From positions 1,812,657-1,876,656 of the forward strand of contig JAOSKM010000001.1 in NCBI GenBank assembly GCA_027493625.1: 64,000 nucleotides of DNA. Direction: 5' to 3'. The notes below the pieces were generated by a model, which was not told the DNA's origin, made no database searches, and saw only the letters and a list, made by a program, of their open reading frames with translations. This document shows positions 13,951 to 22,426 of the stretch, in pieces (the first letter of the stretch is position 1; each line of letters begins with the position of its first letter). This DNA comes from Planctomycetota bacterium (GTDB lineage: Bacteria; Planctomycetota; UBA8742; UBA2392). The translations under genes were made by a program, and so were the position numbers.

Positions 13951-14402
13951 CGTAGCTGGGCCCTGCGGGCCCGAACTGCTGCAAACGAACCCTGAACGTG
14001 CTCAAGCTGTTCACTCACTGCGCCCGGCTGCAGTGCAACTGCGGTTGCCCACCAAGGACACCAAGGTTCACGAAGAAAAGCATTAGCCACGCGGGGGCGT
14101 GAAGGGCTGAGCGTTGCCCGGCCTTCACTTTTGGGTCTGAGCGGGAAGCAACGCCAGGGCGCCATGGTGCGCCACGGCTCTATCGTTGCCGCAAGTCGAT
14201 TGGACAATGGATGCACAGGCCACGGAAAGGCCGTGGCGTTCATGGCGTCATGGCGTTGGATGACGGTCCCTGAACACGAACCGTGTCCGAGCTGCGCAGG
14301 GCTCTTCGTTCCTTAGTTCCTTCGCGTTGCAGATGCAGTTGCAGTGCTTCGTGAACTTCGTGTGCTTCGTGGAGGATCGCTTCTTGCAGCCGGTTGCGGG
14401 GC

Positions 14403-15698
14403 CTATCCTGTCGCCAGCTCGCGCAGTTGCAGCGCCACCTCGCGCAGCTCCGGGTCGTGGCTGCTTTCCGTGACGTTCAGCTTCGCCCGCAGATCCTCGG
14501 CTTCTTCGGCCAGGAAGCGCGCGTCCTCGGCGTTGCCGGCCTGCTGCTCGATGCGGGCGTGCAGGGCGGTGCACTTCAGCCGGTACTGCTGCTCGGGCTT
14601 GTCGGTGCGATCAAGCACCTCGATTGCTTCCATCACGGCCTCGCGCGCGTCATCGGTCTCGCCCAGTTGAAGCAGCGCGCCGGCCTTCAGCCACAGCGAG
14701 TCAACCAGCATCACCGGGTAGCCTTCCTCGCGCGAGGTCTGTACCGCAAGCTCGGCGTGCTCCAGCGCCTGCCGCGGGTTGTGGCGGCGCAGGGCGATGC
14801 GGGCCAGCGCAACCGCGTTTGCCTGGCGCATGTAGCCGTCGGCGTTGCTGCCGACCAGATCGTTGGCCTTCAGGACGGCGTCGGCGGCTTCATCCAGCCG
14901 CTCGAGCATCACCAGCACAGCCGCACGCAGCGACAGTGCGCGCGCCTGCCGGCCCGGCATGTGCAGCGGCACGGTGATTCGGAGTGCCTCGTCGGTAAAC
15001 TCCATGGCGTCATCGAGCCGCCCCGCCGACTTGTGGACCTCCGCGAGGTTGATCAGGCCCAGCGCCAGGAAAGAGGGTTCGCCTAGCGCCTTGAAGATCG
15101 CGATCACCTGCTGCAGGCGGCTGATCGCCTCGTCGTAACGCCCCATCTCGTGCAGCAGCGACGACATCAGCCCCAGGCTGCGCGCCTGGCCGCTGCGGTC
15201 GCCGGTGATTTCATCCAGCTCGATCACCTCTTCCATCAGCTTCAGCGCCTGCTCCAGCAGTCCCTGGTCCTGCAGGATCTGCGACTGCAGGTGCAGCATG
15301 CGGTTGACGCCTGCCAGCTCGCCGATGTCGCGATACAGCCGGGCGGCGATCTGCGACTCGTCCTGGGCCATGTCCAGCCTGCCCATTTGGCGCAGGGTGA
15401 TGGCAAGGTTGGCGCGGGCGCGCACAGCCGCTCGCTTGTGGCCCCCGGCCTCAGCTCGCTCGAGGGCTTCGCGCAGCAGCGCCTCAGAGCGCGTGAAGTC
15501 AAAGTCGTACCGAACAGATACGCCCAGCCCGGAAAGCGCGTCGGCCTCGCTCTCCAGGTCGCCGGCGTCGCGCGCGAGGCGCAGGGCCGTTTCCCACATG
15601 TTGCGGGCCTCGATGCGCTCACCGCGGCGGTCGGCCTCCCAGGCTGCTTCCACCAGCTTGATGATCTGCGTGTCGGCAGTCGGCTTGTCTTGCGTCAT
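14403..15698 (-). CDS. tetratricopeptide (TPR) repeat protein
   Basis: 431 aa of consecutive 34-40 aa helical repeats with the A/L/G/Y TPR pattern (e.g. LGLMSSLLHEMGRYDEAISRLQQVIAIFKALGE). Confidence 0.75.
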   Translation of the reverse strand: MTQDKPTADTQIIKLVEAAWEADRRGERIEARNMWETALRLARDAGDLESEADALSGLGVSVRYDFDFTRSEALLREALERAEAGGHKRAAVRARANLAITLRQMGRLDMAQDESQIAARLYRDIGELAGVNRMLHLQSQILQDQGLLEQALKLMEEVIELDEITGDRSGQARSLGLMSSLLHEMGRYDEAISRLQQVIAIFKALGEPSFLALGLINLAEVHKSAGRLDDAMEFTDEALRITVPLHMPGRQARALSLRAAVLVMLERLDEAADAVLKANDLVGSNADGYMRQANAVALARIALRRHNPRQALEHAELAVQTSREEGYPVMLVDSLWLKAGALLQLGETDDAREAVMEAIEVLDRTDKPEQQYRLKCTALHARIEQQAGNAEDARFLAEEAEDLRAKLNVTESSHDPELREVALQLRELATG

Positions 15699-15759
15699 CT
15701 GGAGTCCCGGTGTCCCGGGCGACCATCATAGCACACGCGCAGGAAGCAGGGCCAGCGGC

Positions 15760-17064
15760 TCAGGTTTGAACCCAGGCGCAGATTGCCTCCGTGGCGGCAA
15801 CCACGTTGGGGCAGTGGGTGACCAGGAATTCTTCATTCACCTGGAAGTCTTCGCCGCGGCTCTCCAGGATCGCCATCGCGCGCGCGCCGTCGAAGTCCAC
15901 GTAGGCCAGTCGCGCCGTCAGCTCGGACGCCGGCCGGCCGAACTCGCTGCCCGGCAGGATCGCCACGCCGGTTTCATCCAGCAGCTTCTCGCACAGCTGC
16001 CGGCTGGTCTTCACGCCGCGCTCGGCCAGCAGCTCGGCGAAGGGCGAGAAATCGGGGAACAGGTAGAAGCCGCCCTGCGGGGCCAGCGTGCGGATCGCGC
16101 AGGCATTCAGCCGGCCTGCCATCCAGTTGCCCAGCGCCTTCAGCACCTTGCGCGCGCGCCACAGGTAGCGCTCGATTTCCGGCCCGCCGCGGAAGGCGCG
16201 CACGGCCGCGTACTGTATGGGCGCTGAAGTGCTGGTGTAGGTCTCGCTGGCGACGCTGGCCATGGCGTCCAGCAGCCAGCGCAGCTCGCGCGGGAAAGTG
16301 AAAGTGCCCAGCCGCCAGCCGCCCGCGCCGCACCACTTGCTGAGGCCCGAGCTGATGATGGTTCCCTTGGGGTAGTAGCGCGAAATGCTGAGGTGGCTGC
16401 CCTCATGGTGCAGCTCGCCGTAAATCTCGTCGCTCAGGAGCACCAGCTTGTGCTTCCTGGCCACGGCGGCGATCGCCTGCAACTGCTCGGCCGTGTAGCT
16501 GCGGCCGGTGGGGTTGCTGGGATAGTTGAGGATCACGACCCGCGGGCGGCCTTCGTCTTCGCTGCAGTGGGCGTCCAGCTGCTCGGCCGTGAGCATCCAG
16601 TCGTGGGCGGCGTCGGTGGGCAGGAAGGCGACGTTGCGCCCGATGATCTTCGCCTGCGGCGCGTAGCTGACCCAGGCCGGGGCGGGGATCACCAGGTCGC
16701 CGTAGTACACGAGTTGCAGGATGAACATCAGCTCTTTGCTGCCCGGGCCGATCAGCACGTCGTCGCCGGTTGACGCGCAGCCTTCGCCGCGGCGGTGGTA
16801 GTCGGCCACGGCCTCGCGCAGGGCGCCCAGGCCTTTCACCGGCAGATAGTCTTTCTGGTAGGCGTTGGCCTTGAGCTCTTCGACCACCGGTTCGGGCACC
16901 GGAAAGGGCGACTGGCCCAGGCCCAGCTTGTAGATGTTGCGGCCTTGAGCCAGCAGCGCGTTGCTGCGCTCGTTGATGGCCACCGTCGCGGACGGCTTCA
17001 TCCCGCGGATGTTCAGGTTGATGTGGACGTCGGGTGCGCGCGTGCTTTCGCTCGAGTCAGTCAT
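15760..17064 (-). CDS. class I/II PLP-dependent aminotransferase
   Basis: LSDEIYGEL and the PLP-lysine region SGLSKWCGAGGWRLG are present. The likely start is MTDSSEST at 17064 inside ORF 15760-17175. Confidence 0.8.
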   Translation of the reverse strand: MTDSSESTRAPDVHINLNIRGMKPSATVAINERSNALLAQGRNIYKLGLGQSPFPVPEPVVEELKANAYQKDYLPVKGLGALREAVADYHRRGEGCASTGDDVLIGPGSKELMFILQLVYYGDLVIPAPAWVSYAPQAKIIGRNVAFLPTDAAHDWMLTAEQLDAHCSEDEGRPRVVILNYPSNPTGRSYTAEQLQAIAAVARKHKLVLLSDEIYGELHHEGSHLSISRYYPKGTIISSGLSKWCGAGGWRLGTFTFPRELRWLLDAMASVASETYTSTSAPIQYAAVRAFRGGPEIERYLWRARKVLKALGNWMAGRLNACAIRTLAPQGGFYLFPDFSPFAELLAERGVKTSRQLCEKLLDETGVAILPGSEFGRPASELTARLAYVDFDGARAMAILESRGEDFQVNEEFLVTHCPNVVAATEAICAWVQT

Positions 17065-17098
17065 GACCCGAGTTTGCAAAACGAGGCCGACGATGGAA

Positions 17099-17172
17099 GT
17101 AGGGATACGCTGCCGCGTGTCCCTGCGAAGGGCGGATGTTCCGTGCGGGGACACGCTGCCGCGTGTCCCTAC
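17099..17172. repeat. two REP family A hairpins (GGGAYACGC-TGCC-GCGTGTCCC)
   Basis: Hairpins at 17101-17124 and 17147-17170. GTAG flanks lie at 17099 (+) and 17172 (-). Confidence 0.85.
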
Positions 17173-17315
17173 CACACGCGCGGCAGCCTTTGCGAGGACT
17201 GCGCGTCCTGCACCGTCTCGTGCTCTTCCAGCACGGTGCGCTCGCCGTAGGCGGTTTCCTGCACGATGGCCCAGCGGCCGGTGGCCTGCTGCTCGATCTT
17301 GAGTTCAGGGTCCAT
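17169..17315 (-). CDS. 48-aa hypothetical protein, not in the ORF track
   Basis: ATG 17315 is preceded by GGAGA with a 5-nt spacer (cccGGAGAtaaccATG). Sequence MDPELKIEQQATGRWAIVQETAYGERTVLEEHETVQDAQSSQRLPRVW. The stop TAG is part of a GTAG-REP. Confidence 0.35.
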   Translation of the reverse strand: MDPELKIEQQATGRWAIVQETAYGERTVLEEHETVQDAQSSQRLPRVW

Positions 17316-17553
17316 GGTTATCTCCGGGCGGATACCTTAACTATCGGCGCGACACGCCCGGCCCCTGTGCGGGATTTCTGGCTGAAATGTGGGGAAAATG
17401 AGGAAGCGGTGGCTGGTGGTTAGTGGCTGGATGGGCGCCGTTTCCAGCCACCAGCCGCTAGTACAGCGTCAGGCAAGCAGTCCGGCAGTTGGCCCATGTT
17501 CGGCGTCTGTTGCAGGGGACTCGCCGCCGCCCGGAAACAACAAACTGCAAAAT

Positions 17554-17607
17554 GCAACCACGAATAAACACAGGTGAACATGTGTACCTGTGTTCACCTG
17601 TGGTTGC
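17554..17607. terminator. imperfect long hairpin 3' of the MlaD-like gene
   Basis: gcaaccac...cacaggtgaaca pairs with tgttcacctgtggttgc. Confidence 0.4.
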
Positions 17608-17731
17608 TTTCAATCAGACCGCGCAGAGCCCACAGGACACGCGGAGAAGGACAAACTGCGTTCGCGGTTCTCAGCGCGCTCTGCGCGAGACCTTGTTTCC
17701 GTAACTATCGGATTTGATGGTTGACGCTGTA

Positions 17732-18724
17732 CTAGTCACCCAGAAGCTTCGCCGCCGCTTCCTCGATGGCCGTGCCCGCGCCGTTCAGCGGCACCCAGTA
17801 CACGCCCTCGGGCAGGCCCACCGCCGGCAGCGTGAACCCCGCCACGTTGGTGCCGTCCACCAGCGCCACCAGGCCCAGCCCCGTGCGGGCGCGCAGCCGC
17901 ACCTCCTCGTCGCTGTGCACGGCCGTGAAGGCATTGCCCTCGAAGTCGGTGAGCAGCAGGCCCTGGCCGTCGGCCAGCGCGTCGGGCCAGAAGGGCGCGG
18001 CGCTGCCCGTGTACTGGGTGGCTGGCACGCGCAGCACCACGAAGGGCAGGCGCGTGGCCAGGATGTCCGCCACGTGGGTGGCGCCGCCGATCAGCTCGAC
18101 CCGGTAGCTCTCGCCCACCAGCTCGCCGCTGTACTCCACGGGCCAGCTTGGCGCGAGCACCAGCAGCTCGCCGTCCGCGCGCACGCCGGCGATCACGCCC
18201 GTCACCTTGCGCTGCTGGGTTTCGGTCAGGTCGGCGCCGGCTTTCAACTCAAGCGTGGCGCGGAACTCCACCAGCCACCCCGGGCGCGCACTCAGCTTGC
18301 GCGGCACGGCGGCAGGCGCCAGCGCGGGGTCGGGGTCCGGCGGCTCGGGCAGGCCTTCGAAGGTGTGGCCGCTTTCCACCGCCGCGCCGCCTGCCTTGGG
18401 GGTATCGAACAGCAGGATCGCGCTGCCCAGCTTTGAGTGGATCCAGAAACGACTGTTCTGCCGCACCAGCACGGACTGGTCGGCCGCAATGCGCGCTACC
18501 ACGACCGACTTGCCGTTGAAAGTGGCGACATCCTCGACACGGCCGACGACGCTGTCGCCGTAGATCACGTGGTCGTCAGGCGCCAGGCCGCGGGCGTCCT
18601 GGAACTCGACGCGGATCGCCATGCCGCCGCCGCCGGCCTGGCGCAGCATCCAGACGCCGGCCAGGGCCGCCGAAGCGACCACCACCAGCAGCACAGCGCC
18701 AAGGGCAACACGGGCAACTCGCAT
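17732..18724 (-). CDS. membrane-anchored MlaD/MCE-domain protein
   Basis: An N-terminal TM helix is followed by an MCE-like segment (IRVEFQDARGLAPDDHVIYGDSVVGRVEDV). The remainder is unrecognised. Confidence 0.5.
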   Translation of the reverse strand: MRVARVALGAVLLVVVASAALAGVWMLRQAGGGGMAIRVEFQDARGLAPDDHVIYGDSVVGRVEDVATFNGKSVVVARIAADQSVLVRQNSRFWIHSKLGSAILLFDTPKAGGAAVESGHTFEGLPEPPDPDPALAPAAVPRKLSARPGWLVEFRATLELKAGADLTETQQRKVTGVIAGVRADGELLVLAPSWPVEYSGELVGESYRVELIGGATHVADILATRLPFVVLRVPATQYTGSAAPFWPDALADGQGLLLTDFEGNAFTAVHSDEEVRLRARTGLGLVALVDGTNVAGFTLPAVGLPEGVYWVPLNGAGTAIEEAAAKLLGD

Positions 18725-18826
18725 GGGGGCATGGTAGCAGCAAGCAGGGTCAGACGTAGGGGCCGCCCCAGGTGGCGGCCCGGGGCGGGCACATGGGCCC
18801 GCCCCTACAGACGCGCTACAGACGCG

Positions 18827-19156
18827 CTACATGCGCGCTTCGATGCGCATCAGGTGCTTGAGGGCGATGCGCTGGACTTCGGATTCAAGCCAGGGGCGCC
18901 GGGTGGCAATCACCTCGGAGCGGCTGGGGCGCGAAATCATCGCCGCCCACTTGAAGAAGGCCAGAATGCCCAGCGCCAGCACGCCCAGCGTGATCCAGTA
19001 GGGGGTGGCGTCGCTGATCTCGCCGCCGCCGACCTCCTGCGCCACCTGCATCTGCACGCAGTACATCGCCAGCCAGCCGAAGGTAATCGCAAACAGCAGC
19101 AACCCCGCCGCGGGCAGCAACTCAGAGGGCGCCTTCAATTCAAAGGGCAATCGCAT
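18827..19156 (-). CDS. hypothetical two-TM membrane protein
   Basis: The likely start is MRLPFELK at 19156 inside ORF 18827-19255. There are two hydrophobic helices. Confidence 0.35.
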   Translation of the reverse strand: MRLPFELKAPSELLPAAGLLLFAITFGWLAMYCVQMQVAQEVGGGEISDATPYWITLGVLALGILAFFKWAAMISRPSRSEVIATRRPWLESEVQRIALKHLMRIEARM

Positions 19157-19199
19157 GGTGTAAGTGTACCACACGAAAGCGCCCCCGGCAGGCATCCTC

Positions 19200-19257
19200 A
19201 AACCGAAGCCCGGGATGCCAATCCCGGGCGGATCAGCCTGGAGTACCGAGTCCAACG
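19200..19257. repeat. REP family C copy (AAACCGAAG-CCCGGGA-TGCCAA-TCCCGGG...)
   Basis: A 7-bp stem hairpin plus a conserved tail. It matches 35348-35400 and, in reverse complement, 35401-35437. Confidence 0.8.
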
Positions 19258-19261
19258 TAAC

Positions 19262-19287
19262 AAGCCCGGCCTTTGCAGGCCGGGCTT
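19262..19287 (-). terminator. hairpin terminator 3' of the SPFH gene
   Basis: aagcccggcc-tttgca-ggccgggctt, followed on the minus strand by gttacgtt. Confidence 0.45.
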
Positions 19288-19317
19288 TGGTTGCGCCGTT
19301 CAGACCCCCGCACTCCG

Positions 19318-20446
19318 TTACGCCTTCACGCCCATCTTGGCTCCGCAGTTAACGCAGAACTTGGCGTCGGGCAGGTTTTCGTGGCCGCACTCGCCGCACT
19401 TGGGCTTGGTACCCATCTTGAAGCCGCAATCGGGGCAGAACTTGGCGTCGGCCTTGATGCTCACGCCGCAGCTGGGGCAGCGCTTTTCCACCAGCATGGC
19501 CTCACCGCAGTGGGTGCAGAAGCGCGCGCCCTTCTCGTTGGCGCCCTGGCACTTCGGGCAGGCGATGTAGTCGTCGGCCTTTTTGCCCTGCTGCTGCAAC
19601 TGCGCCGCCTGCTGCTGGTTGAGCTGGTTGAACATCATGCCCGGCATCATCATGCCCATCATCATGCCTGCGCTGTTGCCCGTGCCCGGGTTCTTGGCCA
19701 TGTCGCGCATGGCGTCGGCCATCTGGAACTGGGCGTACTTGCTGGCGTCGCCCAAGGCACCCATCTCGGCGCGCTTGTCTACGGCCTTCTGGACGCTTTC
19801 CGGCAGGTTGAAGTTATTGATGAAAAAACTCTTCGAGCGCGATGCCGAACTTCGCCATGCTCGCGTTGAGGTGCGGCTTCATGGCCTCGGCGAACTCTTT
19901 GTAATGGCCGGGCAGGTCGAGGATCGACTTCATGTTGGTGCCGAGCCAGTCGTTGACGTGGCTGACGATCAGGTCACGAAGATAATCCTCAATCTCGTCG
20001 GTTCTAAAACTGTCGTCCTGGCCCACGAGGTTGTTGATGAACACCAGGGGCTCGGTCACGCGGATGGCAAAGCGCCCGAAGCCGCGCACGCGCACCAGGC
20101 CGAAGTCGGTGTCGCGCAGGGTGATGGGCTCCTTGGTGCCCCACTTCAGGTCGGCGAAGATCTTCGTGTTCACGAAGTACACTTCGGTCCGGATCGGCGA
20201 CTTGAAGCCCCATGGCAGGCTCAGCAGCTTGGTGATCACCGGAATGTTGGCCGTGGTGATGGTGTGGCGCCCCGGCGGGAAGATGTCGGCCGCCTTGCCG
20301 CCGCAGCAGAAGATGGCGACCTGGTTCTCGCGCACGATGCACTGCCCGCCCAGCTTGAACTCGGCGCTGCCGCGCTCAGGGATGCGGTGGCTGATCTCGT
20401 CCGCGCGTGTTTCCTGGTACTCGATGATCTCAAGGAAGATGCCCAT
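19318..20446 (-). CDS. SPFH/band-7-like protein with C-terminal multi zinc-ribbon tail (COG4260-type), split by a 1-nt frameshift
   Basis: ORFs 19814-20446 and 19318-19764 join (..ALEEFF|INNFNLPESVQKAVDKRAEMGALGD..) if the A6 run at 19823-19828 is A5. The tail has four CxxC pairs. Confidence 0.75.
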
Positions 20447-20677
20447 GTTCGCTCCGCTGCAGGTTTCTGGTTACCGGTTTCGGGGCAGTGCCCCTGAATC
20501 CCGGCCGGAATAGTAGCACCTGTGCACGTTGCCGTGCATTCCAAACCCGCGTGCAGTGTGTAAGCCCGCTTGGCCGCTTCTGACACACCGCTGCATCGGA
20601 ATCGCGACGAATACAGTTGCTTTTTTTTGTGATGGGGTACACTTCTTGTCCCCGCGCATCAACGCTGGAGCCTTCAG

Positions 20678-21619
20678 ATGCCGATCGGAGTGAACGCAAT
20701 CCGGCTTGCCGACGATGTTCGCGAACGCGACCTCATCGAAACCCGCCCGTTCAAGATTCAGCACTTCGACATCCTGCCGTTCCGGGAAGTCGTCGGCGGG
20801 CGCGACCTGTACACGCGCACCAACGAGTTCGTGGACTTCGGCGTCAACCTCGACAACTGCGCCAAGATCGAGGAGCAGACACCGCTGCCGGACACGGAGG
20901 TTCGCTACGAGTTCGTGCTGCTCGGCACCATGTTCCGCGTCTGCTACACGGCGCAGGACCGCTTCCGCGTGCCGAACAACATCGTGCAGATCGTCAAGCG
21001 CCTCGCCACGCGACGCCTGCGCTACAAGTTCTCGCGCATCATGGACACCGGCGACGGCGCGTTTCCGTCACTGGAATCGCTGGCAGGAACGGTGATTCCC
21101 GTCGGGGCGGCGCTGACGCTGACCAACCTTGACGACGCTTGGCTCAGTGTCCACGAAAACGACGGCCACGCCAACGCCATCTTCTGCTACAGCGACGGCC
21201 TCAAAGCAATCTGGGAGGCGCACTACTCGCGTAGCATCAACCCGACTTACGAGCCGGAACACTTCCCTGATCCGATTGAAGGCATGAGGGCCAGCCTGCG
21301 CCCGTGCCTGCACGGCGTGCGCATTTACGTGAACGATTTGATCGAGTCCCGTCCGCAACCCGACGGCACGTTCCTCACCAACATCTACTTTGCACTGGTG
21401 GGCGACTCCGGCCGCAACGAAGGCCGCGGCTTGACGGCCATCATCCCGCCGATGCAGGACGGAGACATGTTCACGTTTCGGATGACGCCGGTGGTGACGG
21501 ACACCGTATCGCTTTCGACAATCAACGTAGACGCGATGTGGCCGGTAGGCCTGTCCATCGGCAGCCCCAGCGCCCTGAGCATGTTGAAGGACGTGCTGGT
21601 AACCCCACTCGGAGCATAG
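20678..21619 (+). CDS. candidate HK97-fold shell protein (phage major capsid / family-2 encapsulin-like), 313 aa
   Basis: GGAG lies 8 nt upstream of the ATG. The C-terminal pattern TNIYFALVGDSGRNEGRGL...MWPVGLSIGSPSALSMLKDV and the N-terminal FREVVGGRDLYTRTNEF recall HK97-type capsid and SrpI-like shells. This is motif recall only. Confidence 0.4.
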   Translation: MPIGVNAIRLADDVRERDLIETRPFKIQHFDILPFREVVGGRDLYTRTNEFVDFGVNLDNCAKIEEQTPLPDTEVRYEFVLLGTMFRVCYTAQDRFRVPNNIVQIVKRLATRRLRYKFSRIMDTGDGAFPSLESLAGTVIPVGAALTLTNLDDAWLSVHENDGHANAIFCYSDGLKAIWEAHYSRSINPTYEPEHFPDPIEGMRASLRPCLHGVRIYVNDLIESRPQPDGTFLTNIYFALVGDSGRNEGRGLTAIIPPMQDGDMFTFRMTPVVTDTVSLSTINVDAMWPVGLSIGSPSALSMLKDVLVTPLGA

Positions 21620-21622
21620 ACT

Positions 21623-22426
21623 ATGGCGAACGAAGAGGGCTGCCCAAGCTGTGGCGACCACACCTTTCCGCGATCCATGCACCTGAGGGCAGGCGACGCG
21701 GAAGCCATGCGCAGCATGCTTGAATCCGTGGAGGTCCGGCCATACAACCCGAAAGCGCCTCCAGCCGCCACTGACATGGAATTGCTGTTCGACGAGGGAC
21801 TCGATGCGCATGTCGGCGAGGCATTTGCACCCACCGAATATATTTTGCCGGAACACGGACGAGTCCAGTCCCTACGCGAAATCCAGGAAACGGGACCACG
21901 GCCGCAGGCTGCGTACTTCATGGTCGACAACCCATCAGTCGAAGGCAACAGCGTAGGCGGTAAAGTGACAGGCCAAGGCATTGATCCCGAAACCTTCATG
22001 TACCAAGATGCAACATCGGCGGCACTCTGGCTATTGCTGGCGGACGATGATCCCAACGAAGACTACGAAGAGAGGTTGAGGAAATGGCGGTTGGCGCAGA
22101 GACTCGGACTGGAGGGCATCTTGTTCCCGGGAGGGAAACCAAAGCGCCGAAAGAGACCATTGCCACCCTCTCCTACACCAACACTACCCAAACCCAAAGT
22201 CGTTGTGGACACGTCAGTACGCGATTGTATCGACAAGTGTCGGAACGACTTCGCCAAGGCGAATGAGCAATTCGGTAAAGATCTGGCTGCATGTGATCGG
22301 TTTTTGCCGGACAAGGCTCGTTTCACGGCATGTGCGGCTCTCGCTCTTCAAACTTGGATCAGCGCTCACGCGAAGTACCTTGCTTGTCGGGATGAGTGCT
22401 ACAAGATTCCATGGAAACGAAAGTAA
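21623..22426 (+). CDS. hypothetical bipartite protein: acidic N-terminal region, Pro/Lys linker, Cys-rich helical C-terminal domain
   Basis: GGAG lies 8 nt upstream, and the gap to the previous stop is 3 nt. It contains LLLADDDPNEDYEERL, then GGKPKRRKRPLPPSPTPTLPKPK, then 6 Cys in the last ~65 aa. Confidence 0.5.
   Translation: MANEEGCPSCGDHTFPRSMHLRAGDAEAMRSMLESVEVRPYNPKAPPAATDMELLFDEGLDAHVGEAFAPTEYILPEHGRVQSLREIQETGPRPQAAYFMVDNPSVEGNSVGGKVTGQGIDPETFMYQDATSAALWLLLADDDPNEDYEERLRKWRLAQRLGLEGILFPGGKPKRRKRPLPPSPTPTLPKPKVVVDTSVRDCIDKCRNDFAKANEQFGKDLAACDRFLPDKARFTACAALALQTWISAHAKYLACRDECYKIPWKRK

Noticed and set aside
17338-17711. Direct repeat taactatcgg (17338-17347 and 17702-17711) as a target-site duplication of an inserted element
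   Set aside because: A 10-mer recurring within about 400 nt is expected by chance many times in 64 kb. There is no terminal inverted repeat adjacent to it.
20617-20643. Sigma-70-like promoter (TTGCTT / TACACT) in the T-rich tract upstream of the island operon
   Set aside because: The spacer is only 15 nt and the promoter consensus for this phylum is unknown to me, so the evidence is too weak to list as a feature.
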